Assembly: GCA_949295915.1 (NCBI GenBank)
Contig: CASFNB010000003.1
Location: forward strand, 8,926-72,925
Direction of reading: 5' to 3'
DNA: 64,000 bases
Source of the DNA: an uncultured Pseudomonadota bacterium
GTDB lineage: Bacteria > Pseudomonadota > Alphaproteobacteria > RF32 > CAG-239
Position 1 is the stretch's first letter; each line of letters begins with the position of its first letter. The notes under the pieces are model-generated. The model was given only the letters and a program-made list of their open reading frames with translations. It was not told the DNA's origin and did not search any database. This document shows, one piece after another, positions 1 to 8,492 of this stretch. The translations under genes and the position numbers were made by a program.

Positions 1-149
1 CTGCGTTCAAAACGTTTCAAGCTACCCAAACTCACACCCGAGCGCAAAGATAAACCTTCCTGAGAAAGATTTTGCTCCAAGCGAATGGCCTTGACTCGTG
101 CAGCAATCTCTTGCATAACTTCTTGTGTTGATTTTAGAACAAAAGACAA
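1..149 (-). CDS. XRE-family HTH regulator, HipB-like antitoxin (5' part only; runs off the window)
   Basis: Not in the ORF track. Manual translation from TTG at 149, with GGAG upstream: LSFVLKSTQEVMQEIAARVKAIRLEQNLSQEGLSLRSGVSLGSLKRFER..., a typical HTH_3 pattern seen in regulators preceding HipA. Confidence 0.8.
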   Translation of the reverse strand, partial: MSFVLKSTQEVMQEIAARVKAIRLEQNLSQEGLSLRSGVSLGSLKRFER

Positions 150-217
150 TATATTATCTCCAAATGACAAAAATCATATATAATAGATATTATATTATCT
201 ATTACAGAATATGTCAA
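144..217 (-). promoter_or_regulatory. Consensus sigma70 promoter with overlapping palindromic operator(s)
   Basis: Minus strand TTGACA (217-212), 17 bp spacer, TATAAT (194-189). Inverted repeat TAATAGATA-N6-TATCTATTA (181-204) covers the -10. A second 14/16 copy of the core (AGACAATATATTATCT, 144-159) covers the RBS/start. Confidence 0.85.
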
Positions 218-496
218 GTCTTTCTAAGATTGTAATAAAACAACCCTTGATTTTATCTCATAACACGAGTGCGGATGCTTAAATTTTTAGGGGTATGGGG
301 GCGGATATCAAGGGTGGTCGTTCTTTTCGTACCCTATACACGACCAGATAGAAAAAGGTCTGCTGTTAAAGCAGGTTTTTTTGTATCTGTTTAGCGGGCG
401 CAGGATTTGAACCTCCAAGGCGGAAAATGTCTTAAAATAACGATTTGCAAAAAAAAGAGACACCTTAATTATGTGCCTCTTTCAATTTTTTTGAGT

Positions 497-766
497 TTAT
501 TGTATCAATAAAACAATAAATTGTTGTTCTGACGGGATAGAAGGTTCATACACATAACCCTTACGCCCATCACGCAATATTCTCCACATTCCTGGAATAT
601 TTGTACTAATCTCCAACTCAATTTTTCCGTCAAGCTTCCATTGAGCAATAACGGTTTTGTTGCCGTTGATTGTTGAACTTGACTTGGAAAAGCCAAAACG
701 CTTTCCTCTGGCGTCTACTGTGAAGGTTTTACTTTCTTTCAGTTCGTCTAAAAATATTCTTTCCAT
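497..766 (-). CDS. Hypothetical protein (89 aa)
   Basis: ATG start, AT-rich leader, TTGAAA/TAATAT promoter-like boxes upstream, imperfect terminator at ~449-485. No recognisable motif. Confidence 0.6.
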   Translation of the reverse strand: MERIFLDELKESKTFTVDARGKRFGFSKSSSTINGNKTVIAQWKLDGKIELEISTNIPGMWRILRDGRKGYVYEPSIPSEQQFIVLLIQ

Positions 767-908
767 AAATAAAAAAAATAAAAGGTTTATAAAATAATTA
801 CTTTAGATGTTGGATATTATCATTATTTTTTCTTTTTTCAAGTTATTAAATATATATTAAGTTTGAATTATTAGTTTACATCTATAATAAAAAGATTTGG
901 AGAAAAAT

Positions 909-1547
909 ATGCAGTATTTTTATCAAAATCATAATTCTTCCGATTTAATTGTTTTCTTTGCCGGTTGGGGATGTGATTATAATCAGTTCGTTAATTTGCA
1001 TGATAAACTTGATGTTCTGATTTTATTTGACTATCAAAATTTGGAATTAGATTTTGATTTTAGTAGGTATCATAATGTTTATATTCTTGCCTATTCGGCA
1101 GGTATTTTTCTATCATGTCTTTTATCTGATAAAATTCCTAATGTAAGAAAAAAAATTGCATTATGCGGTAATCCTTATTTATTTGATGTGATTTTAGGAT
1201 TAAATGCGCAAAAGTTGGAAATTTTAAAAAATATAAATCTGGATAACTATTTAGATTTCAGAAGACAATATATGACTTTTTCCGATGAAGAGTTTGAGCA
1301 ATATAACAAGCTACAGTCTCTGCGCTCTATTGAAAGTTGCGCAAATGAACTGGCTTATTTGCAAAAACTTTATGATGAAAATAAAGATAATATCTCGCCA
1401 AAATTTGATAAAGCTTTTGCTGCCAAAAATGATCTGCTATTTGATATCAATGCACAAAAAGATTTTTATCAAAATAAATTGACTATCATAGCAAATGCAA
1501 GGCATCACATTTTTTTCAGATTTAATAGTTTTGAAGAAATGATATGA
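909..1547 (+). CDS. DUF452/BioG-like alpha/beta-hydrolase (pimeloyl-ACP methyl ester esterase family)
   Basis: LIVFFAGWG, FDYQNL, nucleophile elbow AYSAG, C-terminal Asp (NDLLF) and His (HHIFF). ATG at 909 follows GGAG. Confidence 0.75.
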   Translation: MQYFYQNHNSSDLIVFFAGWGCDYNQFVNLHDKLDVLILFDYQNLELDFDFSRYHNVYILAYSAGIFLSCLLSDKIPNVRKKIALCGNPYLFDVILGLNAQKLEILKNINLDNYLDFRRQYMTFSDEEFEQYNKLQSLRSIESCANELAYLQKLYDENKDNISPKFDKAFAAKNDLLFDINAQKDFYQNKLTIIANARHHIFFRFNSFEEMI

Positions 1548-1570
1548 CTTTATAGCAGGATTAAAAAAAC

Positions 1571-2209
1571 ATGCTTAAATTTGTTTCCGCATCTCAAGAA
1601 AACTTAAAACTGGCTCAAGAAATTCAAAAGAAGGTTTTTCCTAAAGAATATCAAAATGATACTTTGGAAAATTCTTTGACTTCAAACCCTGAATATCTTT
1701 CTCAATTTTGGCTGGTCAAAAAAGGTAAAAAATTTATCGGTCTGACCGGAATTTATTTCTACCCGCAATATCCTAAAGATGCTTGGCTTAACTGGTTTGG
1801 CGTGATTCTGGAATTTCGTCGCAAAGGATACGGACGTAAAATTTTTAATCGCACCTTTGCTTATGCGCGCCGTCTAGGGTTTGATAACTTCCGGCTTTAT
1901 ACCGATGCCAAAAACAACGAAAACACTTTGGCTTTTTATCGCAGCCTTAAAATGAAAGAAGAAAAATATCTTCCAGCTCAAGATGATTTTACCGATATTG
2001 TCATTTTTTCAAAATCTTGTCATCCTTTCAAAAAAAGAATACCCTCATGGGGAAGCAAATATCTTTATATTCAAGAACAGTTGCTTTTGTCTCAAAATGA
2101 TATGCTTTCTTATGTGAAGAAAAAGACTTCTCTTTCTTTATTGATTTTTTTAAAACATCCATCTATTTTGTGGCGCTTTTGCCGAATGACTTTCAACAGA
2201 CTGAAATAA
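1571..2209 (+). CDS. GNAT-family N-acetyltransferase
   Basis: WLNWFGV..EFRRKGYGRKI acetyl-CoA motif A and LAFYRSL motif B. Confidence 0.85.
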   Translation: MLKFVSASQENLKLAQEIQKKVFPKEYQNDTLENSLTSNPEYLSQFWLVKKGKKFIGLTGIYFYPQYPKDAWLNWFGVILEFRRKGYGRKIFNRTFAYARRLGFDNFRLYTDAKNNENTLAFYRSLKMKEEKYLPAQDDFTDIVIFSKSCHPFKKRIPSWGSKYLYIQEQLLLSQNDMLSYVKKKTSLSLLIFLKHPSILWRFCRMTFNRLK

Positions 2210-3088
2210 ATTCAATAACTTCATAAAATACGGAGGCGGATTATCTGTTTTGGCAAGGTTATAGCCTATATAGGCAAGCATGGTAAAATCTGTTTGCTTG
2301 ATGTCTATTTTATCTTCCACCAGCTTATTATATCTCTTTATCACCTCTACCGCCAAATTGCGATTGATTTTATAGAGCGGGAAAAAGTCTAAATATTTGG
2401 GCTGAACAAGAGCATTGGCAAAGTCGATTATGCCAACCAAAATATCTTCCTTTTCCTGATTTAAGAGCATATTGCTGCCGCTCAAATCATTATGGCACAA
2501 AGCTAATAGCTCATTTTTATTATCGCTTCGATAATCATCCAAATCAAAAGGACTGACCTTTTTCAAAGCATCTCTTGCTTTGGCATAATCAAAATCGGCT
2601 TTTTGAGTTACGTCCCAATTATCAATTGTTTCATTGGCGGGCGGAATGTGCAATTTAGAATAGTCGATTTGGTGCATCATGGCAAAAAGCTCTGCCAGAG
2701 TTTGAGCCAAATTTTCTTGCTTATCTTTTGGTAAATTTTGAACTTTCAAGGCATTGACTTCATCATCGCGATTATCGCAAATCTTACCGACAAATTTTTT
2801 AACAACCGAAAAAGGATATTCTCCCTCGACCAAAGTTATCGGGTGAATTTTGTTTTTGAATTTATCATTTATTAAAGGCCAAATCTCACTCAAGATTTGA
2901 TTTTCTCTTTGCATGGTTTGCCAGACAACCTCTGCTTTTGGAAAGCGCACAACCTCATCACCAACCGCAAAGGCAAAAGACTTGGAACCGCCGACAAGAG
3001 CCCTCACCTCGCCTTTATATCCGGCTTTTGCAATTATCTCTTTTATCAAATTGAGGTCTTGCGCTTTTTCTTTGGTTAAATAATTCAT
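2150..3088 (-). CDS. Aminoglycoside phosphotransferase/choline-kinase-like protein
   Basis: VVRFPK, Brenner motif CHNDLSGSNML, GIIDFAN. Start taken at ATG 3088 (TAATG overlap with the upstream gene; GAGGAG RBS). Confidence 0.85.
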   Translation of the reverse strand: MNYLTKEKAQDLNLIKEIIAKAGYKGEVRALVGGSKSFAFAVGDEVVRFPKAEVVWQTMQRENQILSEIWPLINDKFKNKIHPITLVEGEYPFSVVKKFVGKICDNRDDEVNALKVQNLPKDKQENLAQTLAELFAMMHQIDYSKLHIPPANETIDNWDVTQKADFDYAKARDALKKVSPFDLDDYRSDNKNELLALCHNDLSGSNMLLNQEKEDILVGIIDFANALVQPKYLDFFPLYKINRNLAVEVIKRYNKLVEDKIDIKQTDFTMLAYIGYNLAKTDNPPPYFMKLLNLFQSVESHSAKAPQNRWMF

Positions 3089-3585
3089 TATCGCTCCTCT
3101 TTGATAAACTCTGCCGGAATGGCACCATCTTTTAAGACAATCATATAATGTTTTATCATGCCGAATATCAGCCCTTTGGAAGAATCGCATTTGTGCCAAG
3201 GCAGAGGTGCCAAATCTATCTCATCTTTTGAAACTTGATAAAAACACTCATTCACACCGCTTGCTTCCGAGCCGTCTTTGCACCAGATACTTTCAACCAA
3301 ACCGGCATTGATTAAGTCTTCCAGCTCAAAAGAATATAAAATACATCTATCAACAAGCGCTTCTAACACTTTATCATTTCCTTGCCAAGCAATCGGCTCG
3401 GTCAAGCAAGAGATAGCTCGGCTTCTCCCCGCAAAAGTCTTTTCCAACCAATTGATAATATCTTCTTTTTTATCTGCCCCTACGCGTTTGACATAAGAAT
3501 ACAAGTTGCTATCTATTTTGGAAATGGATTTTATTCCCTCCTCCAAAACCGTATTTTTCTTCGGGGCATAATGATATAAACGCAT
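3088..3585 (-). CDS. Hypothetical protein, possible ADP-ribosyltransferase-like fold
   Basis: Good RBS (AGAGGAG) and coupled to the downstream gene. N-terminal RLYHY..N.VLEEGIKS resembles ART-fold strand 1 plus helix (weak). Confidence 0.6.
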   Translation of the reverse strand: MRLYHYAPKKNTVLEEGIKSISKIDSNLYSYVKRVGADKKEDIINWLEKTFAGRSRAISCLTEPIAWQGNDKVLEALVDRCILYSFELEDLINAGLVESIWCKDGSEASGVNECFYQVSKDEIDLAPLPWHKCDSSKGLIFGMIKHYMIVLKDGAIPAEFIKEER

Positions 3586-3597
3586 TTTATCTCCTCT

Positions 3598-5343
3598 TTA
3601 AGCTTGCAGGTTCCAGAGTTTGGCGAATTTGCCTTGTTTATCCAGCAGCTCTTTCGGCGTGCCGACCTCGATGATTTTGCCTTCTTCCATCACCACGATT
3701 TTATCCATGTTCTTCAAGGTGGACAAACGGTGCGCCACGGCAATCACGGTTTTGTCTTTTATCAGTTTTTGCAAAGAAGATTGAATGAATTTTTCTGACT
3801 TGCTATCCAAAGCTGAAGTTGCTTCATCGAGCAGTAAAATCTTACTGTTCTTCAAAATAGCCCTTGCAATCCCTACCCTTTGTCTTTGTCCGCCCGAGAG
3901 TTTCACCCCTTTATCTCCAACCAAGGTTTTATACCCTTGCGGCAAGTCTTTGACAAACTCGGTGATAAAAGATTTTTTAGCCGCGTCTTCAATTTCTTTT
4001 TGCGAGGCATTGAAAGTACCGTAACTCATATTCTCGGACAAAGTTCTATGAAACAATGTGGTATCTTGCGGAATGAAGGACACCGCATTGTGCAAGCTCT
4101 CTTGCGTGACCAAAGCCACATCCTGCCCATCTATATAAACCGAGCCTTGCGGCGTATTCACAAGTCGTTGCAAGACATGGAGCAATGTAGTTTTACCGCC
4201 GCCGGACATACCGACAATGCCGATTTTTTCACCTGCCTTGATTTTCAAGCTAAAATCATCTATCGCCGGTTTTTTATGATTATAGCTAAAGGTCAAATTT
4301 TTAAACTCAATCTCCCCTGCTTTAACTTTAAGCTTTTTAGCGTTTGGCGCGTCCACAAACTCGGGTTTTTCATTCAAAAGATTCAAATTACTCTGCAGCT
4401 TGAACAGCTCGGTGCGATAATACATCCATTGCCCGGAAAGATGGCTCAATATCATGCTCATACCACGACCCACCGTCAGCAGATAGACCACATTACCGAC
4501 ATTGATAATGCCTTTGGACCACAAGACAATGGCATAAATAATCATCGCAACATCAAAGAGCATGACGGTTAGGTCAACCAACATATAATTTTTGTTTCTA
4601 ATCCAAGCATTTTTGCGCATGGTTTTGGCCACGAGCGCATAATCTTTGCCGAGCTTTTTCAGCTCTCTACTCAAGCTCCCGAAAATTTTTAAAACCAGAT
4701 AATTGCTTATCATATTCGTTGTCTTGCCAAAGACTTTGTTCTTCATATTTTCCTGCTGTTTGGATGCCTGTTTGGTATTGGCGGAAAGCTTATGAAAAAA
4801 AACAAGTAATAATGCAGAGGCTATCACATAAACAAGTGCCATCGGCAGATAAATCTTACCGATAAAACACAAGCTTATTATCAACGACCAGAGAGCCGAA
4901 TTGGCAAAGACTAAAGTATCGCCGATTGAACTCCAGGCTGCGGTGGTGCGGCGAGAACCGTCTATTTTAGCATAAACATTACCGGCAGAATTTTTGCTCC
5001 AGAAATTTTTATGCAAGCCCAGCACACCCACAAACAAATCTTTTCTGACCTTGATGCCTAAAGGTGAAATAAGTTTGTGTTGCATCAGATACATAGAAAG
5101 CATCATCAAAATATTGCCGCCAACCAATACTAAAGCCAAAAAGATAAAAGTATTAATTAAATTTTTCCATGCTATCTCGCTGATATCTCCGGCATTGAGC
5201 AAATTGACAATCTCACTCACATACCATGGCGCAAGCTGCCCGCAAAGAGCCACTATCGGCACCAGAATAAAAATTGCCATAAAGCGGAATTTGACCGGCA
5301 TATAATATTGTTTCAAAAAGCTCCAAAGTGAATTATTGTTCAT
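3598..5343 (-). CDS. ABC exporter, fused TMD-NBD half transporter
   Basis: Multiple TM helices, Walker A GMSGGGKT, LSGGQRQR, LLLDEATSALD, AHRLST. Confidence 0.95.
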   Translation of the reverse strand: MNNNSLWSFLKQYYMPVKFRFMAIFILVPIVALCGQLAPWYVSEIVNLLNAGDISEIAWKNLINTFIFLALVLVGGNILMMLSMYLMQHKLISPLGIKVRKDLFVGVLGLHKNFWSKNSAGNVYAKIDGSRRTTAAWSSIGDTLVFANSALWSLIISLCFIGKIYLPMALVYVIASALLLVFFHKLSANTKQASKQQENMKNKVFGKTTNMISNYLVLKIFGSLSRELKKLGKDYALVAKTMRKNAWIRNKNYMLVDLTVMLFDVAMIIYAIVLWSKGIINVGNVVYLLTVGRGMSMILSHLSGQWMYYRTELFKLQSNLNLLNEKPEFVDAPNAKKLKVKAGEIEFKNLTFSYNHKKPAIDDFSLKIKAGEKIGIVGMSGGGKTTLLHVLQRLVNTPQGSVYIDGQDVALVTQESLHNAVSFIPQDTTLFHRTLSENMSYGTFNASQKEIEDAAKKSFITEFVKDLPQGYKTLVGDKGVKLSGGQRQRVGIARAILKNSKILLLDEATSALDSKSEKFIQSSLQKLIKDKTVIAVAHRLSTLKNMDKIVVMEEGKIIEVGTPKELLDKQGKFAKLWNLQA

Positions 5344-7093
5344 TTTTTTCTCCTTTGAGTTTTTGCAATTTCCAATATTGCCAAAATTTGCCTTTCTTTT
5401 TTAATAGCTCATCCAACTTGCCGTCTTCCACAATCTTGCCTTTTTCCAGCACAATTATTCTATCCATATTTTTCAACGTCGACAAACGGTGCGCCACGGC
5501 AATCACGGTTTTATCTTTGAGCATATTTTCAATGGCTTTTTGAATATAAAATTCCGATTCACTATCCAAAGCCGAAGTGGCTTCATCCAAAATTAAAATC
5601 GGGGCATCTTTTAACAAGGCTCTGGCAATTGACAAGCGTTGCATTTGTCCGCCGGAAAGCTGATTTTGTGCATTCAAAATGGTTTGATAGCCGTTTGGCA
5701 ATTCTTCTATAAATTTATCGGCGAAAGCCTCCTTTGCCGCTTGTTTAATCTCTTCTTGTTTTGCATTTGGCTTACCATAAGCAATATTTTCGGCAATAGA
5801 GCGCTCCAGCAAAGCAGAAGTTTGTGGAACATAGCCAATTTGTTTGTGCAAACTTTCTTGAGTGATGTTTTTGATATTTTGCCCATCAATCAAAATTTTT
5901 CCGTCTTGTACATCATAAAAACGCTGTAGCAGATTGATTAAGGTTGATTTTCCGCCGCCTGACATTCCAACCACACCAACCTTTTGTCCGGCCGGAATTT
6001 TCAATTTGAAATGATTGAACAGTGGCTTGCTTCCTTTATAAGCAAAGCACACATCTTTGAGCTCAATTGCCCCTTCTTTTACTTTCAGCGCTCCGGCGTT
6101 TTTATCATCTACAATCTCATGCGGCGTACTGAAGGGAATTAAATTTGTTTTCATCTCGGCAAAAGCTGAACTATAAACAATCGTACGGTGAATGAGCCAT
6201 GAAACAACGGAGGAAACATCTTGCAACAGAAAGAAAATCAAAACCACATCTGCCGTGTTAATACTTTTGTCTTTCCATAATACAAGGGCATAAAGAACAA
6301 ATGCCAGATAAACAAAGTGAAAATAAAGTTTTTCTCCTTCTGATTGAAGCATCTCTACATCAACCGATTTATTGGTTTTATCGGTTTCATCTTTTAAAAC
6401 TTTATCTGCCCGCTTTTCTTCATATTTAAATCCGTTAAACAAGCGCACAAAAAAGTGATTTTGCAAGGCATCAATCATCTGCCCGCTGACTTTGCTTCTG
6501 GCCTCGGTCATCTCAGCACGCAAGTTCATTGATAATGTACCGATTTTGAGCAGCACAATTGCAGACAACAAAACAAATGCTACAAAATAAAGGGAAAATG
6601 TGATGTTCACAAGTGCCAGCATTACAAAAACAACAATCAAACGGAAAACATCTGTCAGATAATATAAAGAAGATTGATAAAAGCTGGCACTTTCTGACAA
6701 GGCATTGCTTTTTTGTGCCAAAGAGCCTGCCATATTATCGGAAAAATAGCTCAAAGAATGCCCGTTGATATATTGAAAACAGTCGGCACTCATCTGCTCA
6801 AAAACACGCGGACGCAAAACTAATTCCGTAAGCAAATTAAATACAACGAACAAAATTTTGGCAAGCAATGTTGTTGCCACAACTCCTGCCAACAACCACC
6901 ATACAGAATCGGCAATATCAGCAAACTTTACATTTTCTCCAAACAAGCCCACCATTTTGGAAAAAAACCACGGCGCGAGTTTCTGAGAAATTACCATAAC
7001 TATACAACATGCGCAAATTGAAAAAAACAACGCTTTATTACGCAGGGCATAGCGCCATAAAAAGACAAACGGATTACTCGGAAAAGGCTGCAT
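5333..7093 (-). CDS. ABC exporter, fused TMD-NBD half transporter (probable heterodimer partner)
   Basis: TM helices, GMSGGGKS, LSGGQMQR, LILDEATSALD; overlaps the next gene by 11 bp. Confidence 0.95.
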   Translation of the reverse strand: MQPFPSNPFVFLWRYALRNKALFFSICACCIVMVISQKLAPWFFSKMVGLFGENVKFADIADSVWWLLAGVVATTLLAKILFVVFNLLTELVLRPRVFEQMSADCFQYINGHSLSYFSDNMAGSLAQKSNALSESASFYQSSLYYLTDVFRLIVVFVMLALVNITFSLYFVAFVLLSAIVLLKIGTLSMNLRAEMTEARSKVSGQMIDALQNHFFVRLFNGFKYEEKRADKVLKDETDKTNKSVDVEMLQSEGEKLYFHFVYLAFVLYALVLWKDKSINTADVVLIFFLLQDVSSVVSWLIHRTIVYSSAFAEMKTNLIPFSTPHEIVDDKNAGALKVKEGAIELKDVCFAYKGSKPLFNHFKLKIPAGQKVGVVGMSGGGKSTLINLLQRFYDVQDGKILIDGQNIKNITQESLHKQIGYVPQTSALLERSIAENIAYGKPNAKQEEIKQAAKEAFADKFIEELPNGYQTILNAQNQLSGGQMQRLSIARALLKDAPILILDEATSALDSESEFYIQKAIENMLKDKTVIAVAHRLSTLKNMDRIIVLEKGKIVEDGKLDELLKKKGKFWQYWKLQKLKGEKNEQ

Positions 7094-7112
7094 CTAATAT
7101 TCCTTAAAATCA

Positions 7113-7140
7113 GAGATTCTGAAACAAGTTCAGAATGACA
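7113..7140. repeat. REP/RPE-like palindromic element
   Basis: GAGATTCTGAAACAAGTTCAGAATGACA: stem ATTCTGAA-N5-TTCAGAAT with a TGTC end on the minus strand. It translates as the familiar spurious CHSELVSES motif of this repeat class. Confidence 0.7.
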
Positions 7141-7277
7141 AATTAATGGTGGCAATATATCACTTTTTTTGTGTCCAAGCAATCTTTATTTTGCTGATAA
7201 GATTTTATTGTCGTTGAAACTCTTTCATTTTGATGTTATTTTCTTTGTAAGATTTAACGTTAATTTTGAAAAATAAA

Positions 7278-8453
7278 ATGGCTGAAAATAAATCAATTTA
7301 TCTTTCTAAACCACAGTTGGAAGCAGAACTTAATCGTTGTCTTAACTGCAAAAATATGCCCTGTATGAAGGCTTGTCCCGTGCACTGCAACCCACAAGCT
7401 TTTATTGCTGCGGCAAAAGAAGGTAACGGTGAACTCTCGGCTAAGCTTATTTCAGATGAAAATCCGTTCGGGCAAACTTGCGGTCTTATTTGCCCCGATA
7501 AGTTTTGTATGAAAGCCTGCACACGTCGTCTGATTGATTTTCCTATCAATATTACAAAAGTGCAAGCCACGTTGATGGAAAAATTCCGCAATTTTAAATA
7601 TGATTATTCAAACGTTGTTCCTAACGGCAAAAAAATTGCCATCATCGGTGCCGGTCCGTCGGGCATTGCCGCGGCTTATTTTTTAGCGCGTAACGGTTTT
7701 AAATGCGTGATTTTTGAAAAAAGTTCTCAAATCGGCGGTGCGCTTAACCTTATTCCTCATGAACGTCTACCGCAAGATGCCATTTTAAAAGATTGGGAAT
7801 TTGTCAATAATTCTGATTTGATTTCCGTTGTTTTTGAAGTAGATGTTTCTAATCCTGCAGAACTTTTGTCCCAAGGTTTTGATGAAGTATTGATTGCCGG
7901 TGGTGAACCTAACTGCGCCAAACTTAATATTGAAGGCGAAGATTTGGCTGTTTCTTATCTTGATTATCTGGCTCAACCCGAAAAATATGTTACCAAAGGC
8001 AATGTAGCCGTTATCGGCGGCGGAAACGTGGCTGCCGATTGTGCAATCGTGGCACAAGCGCAAGGTGCCGTTTATGTAGAGATGTTTGTGCGTCGCGGTT
8101 TATCGGACATGAAAATTACTCCTGCAGAAAGACACGAGATTTTGGAACGCAAAATTAATGTTTCTGCCGGCACAAGCCCTGACAAAATTATTAAAACCGG
8201 TGAAAAATATTCTCTCTTTGTTCATAAAAATCGCTTTAACGGCGAAAAATGGGAGCCTATTTCCGATACTTCAATTGAACTGCCTGATTTTGATTTGATT
8301 ATTCGCGCTATCGGAGCAAAGGCTGATGAAAAACAAGACGACCCTCGCCTCATTTATATCGGCGATTGCAAGACCGGCGGCTCGACTTTGGTGGAAGCCA
8401 TGGCCGATGCCAAAAATACCGCTTTCGAGCTCATCAAAAAATATCAAGCATAA
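7278..8453 (+). CDS. GltD/PreT/NfnB-like Fe-S flavoprotein oxidoreductase
   Basis: RCLNCKNMPCMKACP and CGLICP..CMKAC Fe-S motifs, IIGAGPSG (FAD), VIGGGNVAADCA (NAD(P)H), YIGDC. Confidence 0.9.
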   Translation: MAENKSIYLSKPQLEAELNRCLNCKNMPCMKACPVHCNPQAFIAAAKEGNGELSAKLISDENPFGQTCGLICPDKFCMKACTRRLIDFPINITKVQATLMEKFRNFKYDYSNVVPNGKKIAIIGAGPSGIAAAYFLARNGFKCVIFEKSSQIGGALNLIPHERLPQDAILKDWEFVNNSDLISVVFEVDVSNPAELLSQGFDEVLIAGGEPNCAKLNIEGEDLAVSYLDYLAQPEKYVTKGNVAVIGGGNVAADCAIVAQAQGAVYVEMFVRRGLSDMKITPAERHEILERKINVSAGTSPDKIIKTGEKYSLFVHKNRFNGEKWEPISDTSIELPDFDLIIRAIGAKADEKQDDPRLIYIGDCKTGGSTLVEAMADAKNTAFELIKKYQA

Positions 8454-8489
8454 AAAAACGACCGCTTTGTTACAAAACGGTCGTTTTTT
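8452..8489. terminator. Bidirectional intrinsic terminator
   Basis: AAAAAAACGACCG-loop-CGGTCGTTTTTT between convergent genes. Confidence 0.85.
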
Positions 8490-8492
8490 CTT

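Noticed and set aside
392-416. Intact tRNA gene
   Set aside because: Only a T-arm/acceptor-like fragment; no D-arm or anticodon arm can be folded upstream.
3880-4572. Long antisense ORFs (also 16050-16805, 55504-56313, 25933-26508, 49329-49904 and others)
   Set aside because: Shadow frames opposite well-supported genes, with no motifs or RBS.
7000-7182. 60-aa ORF containing CHSELVSES
   Set aside because: Translation artefact of the palindromic repeat; it overlaps the ABC gene start.
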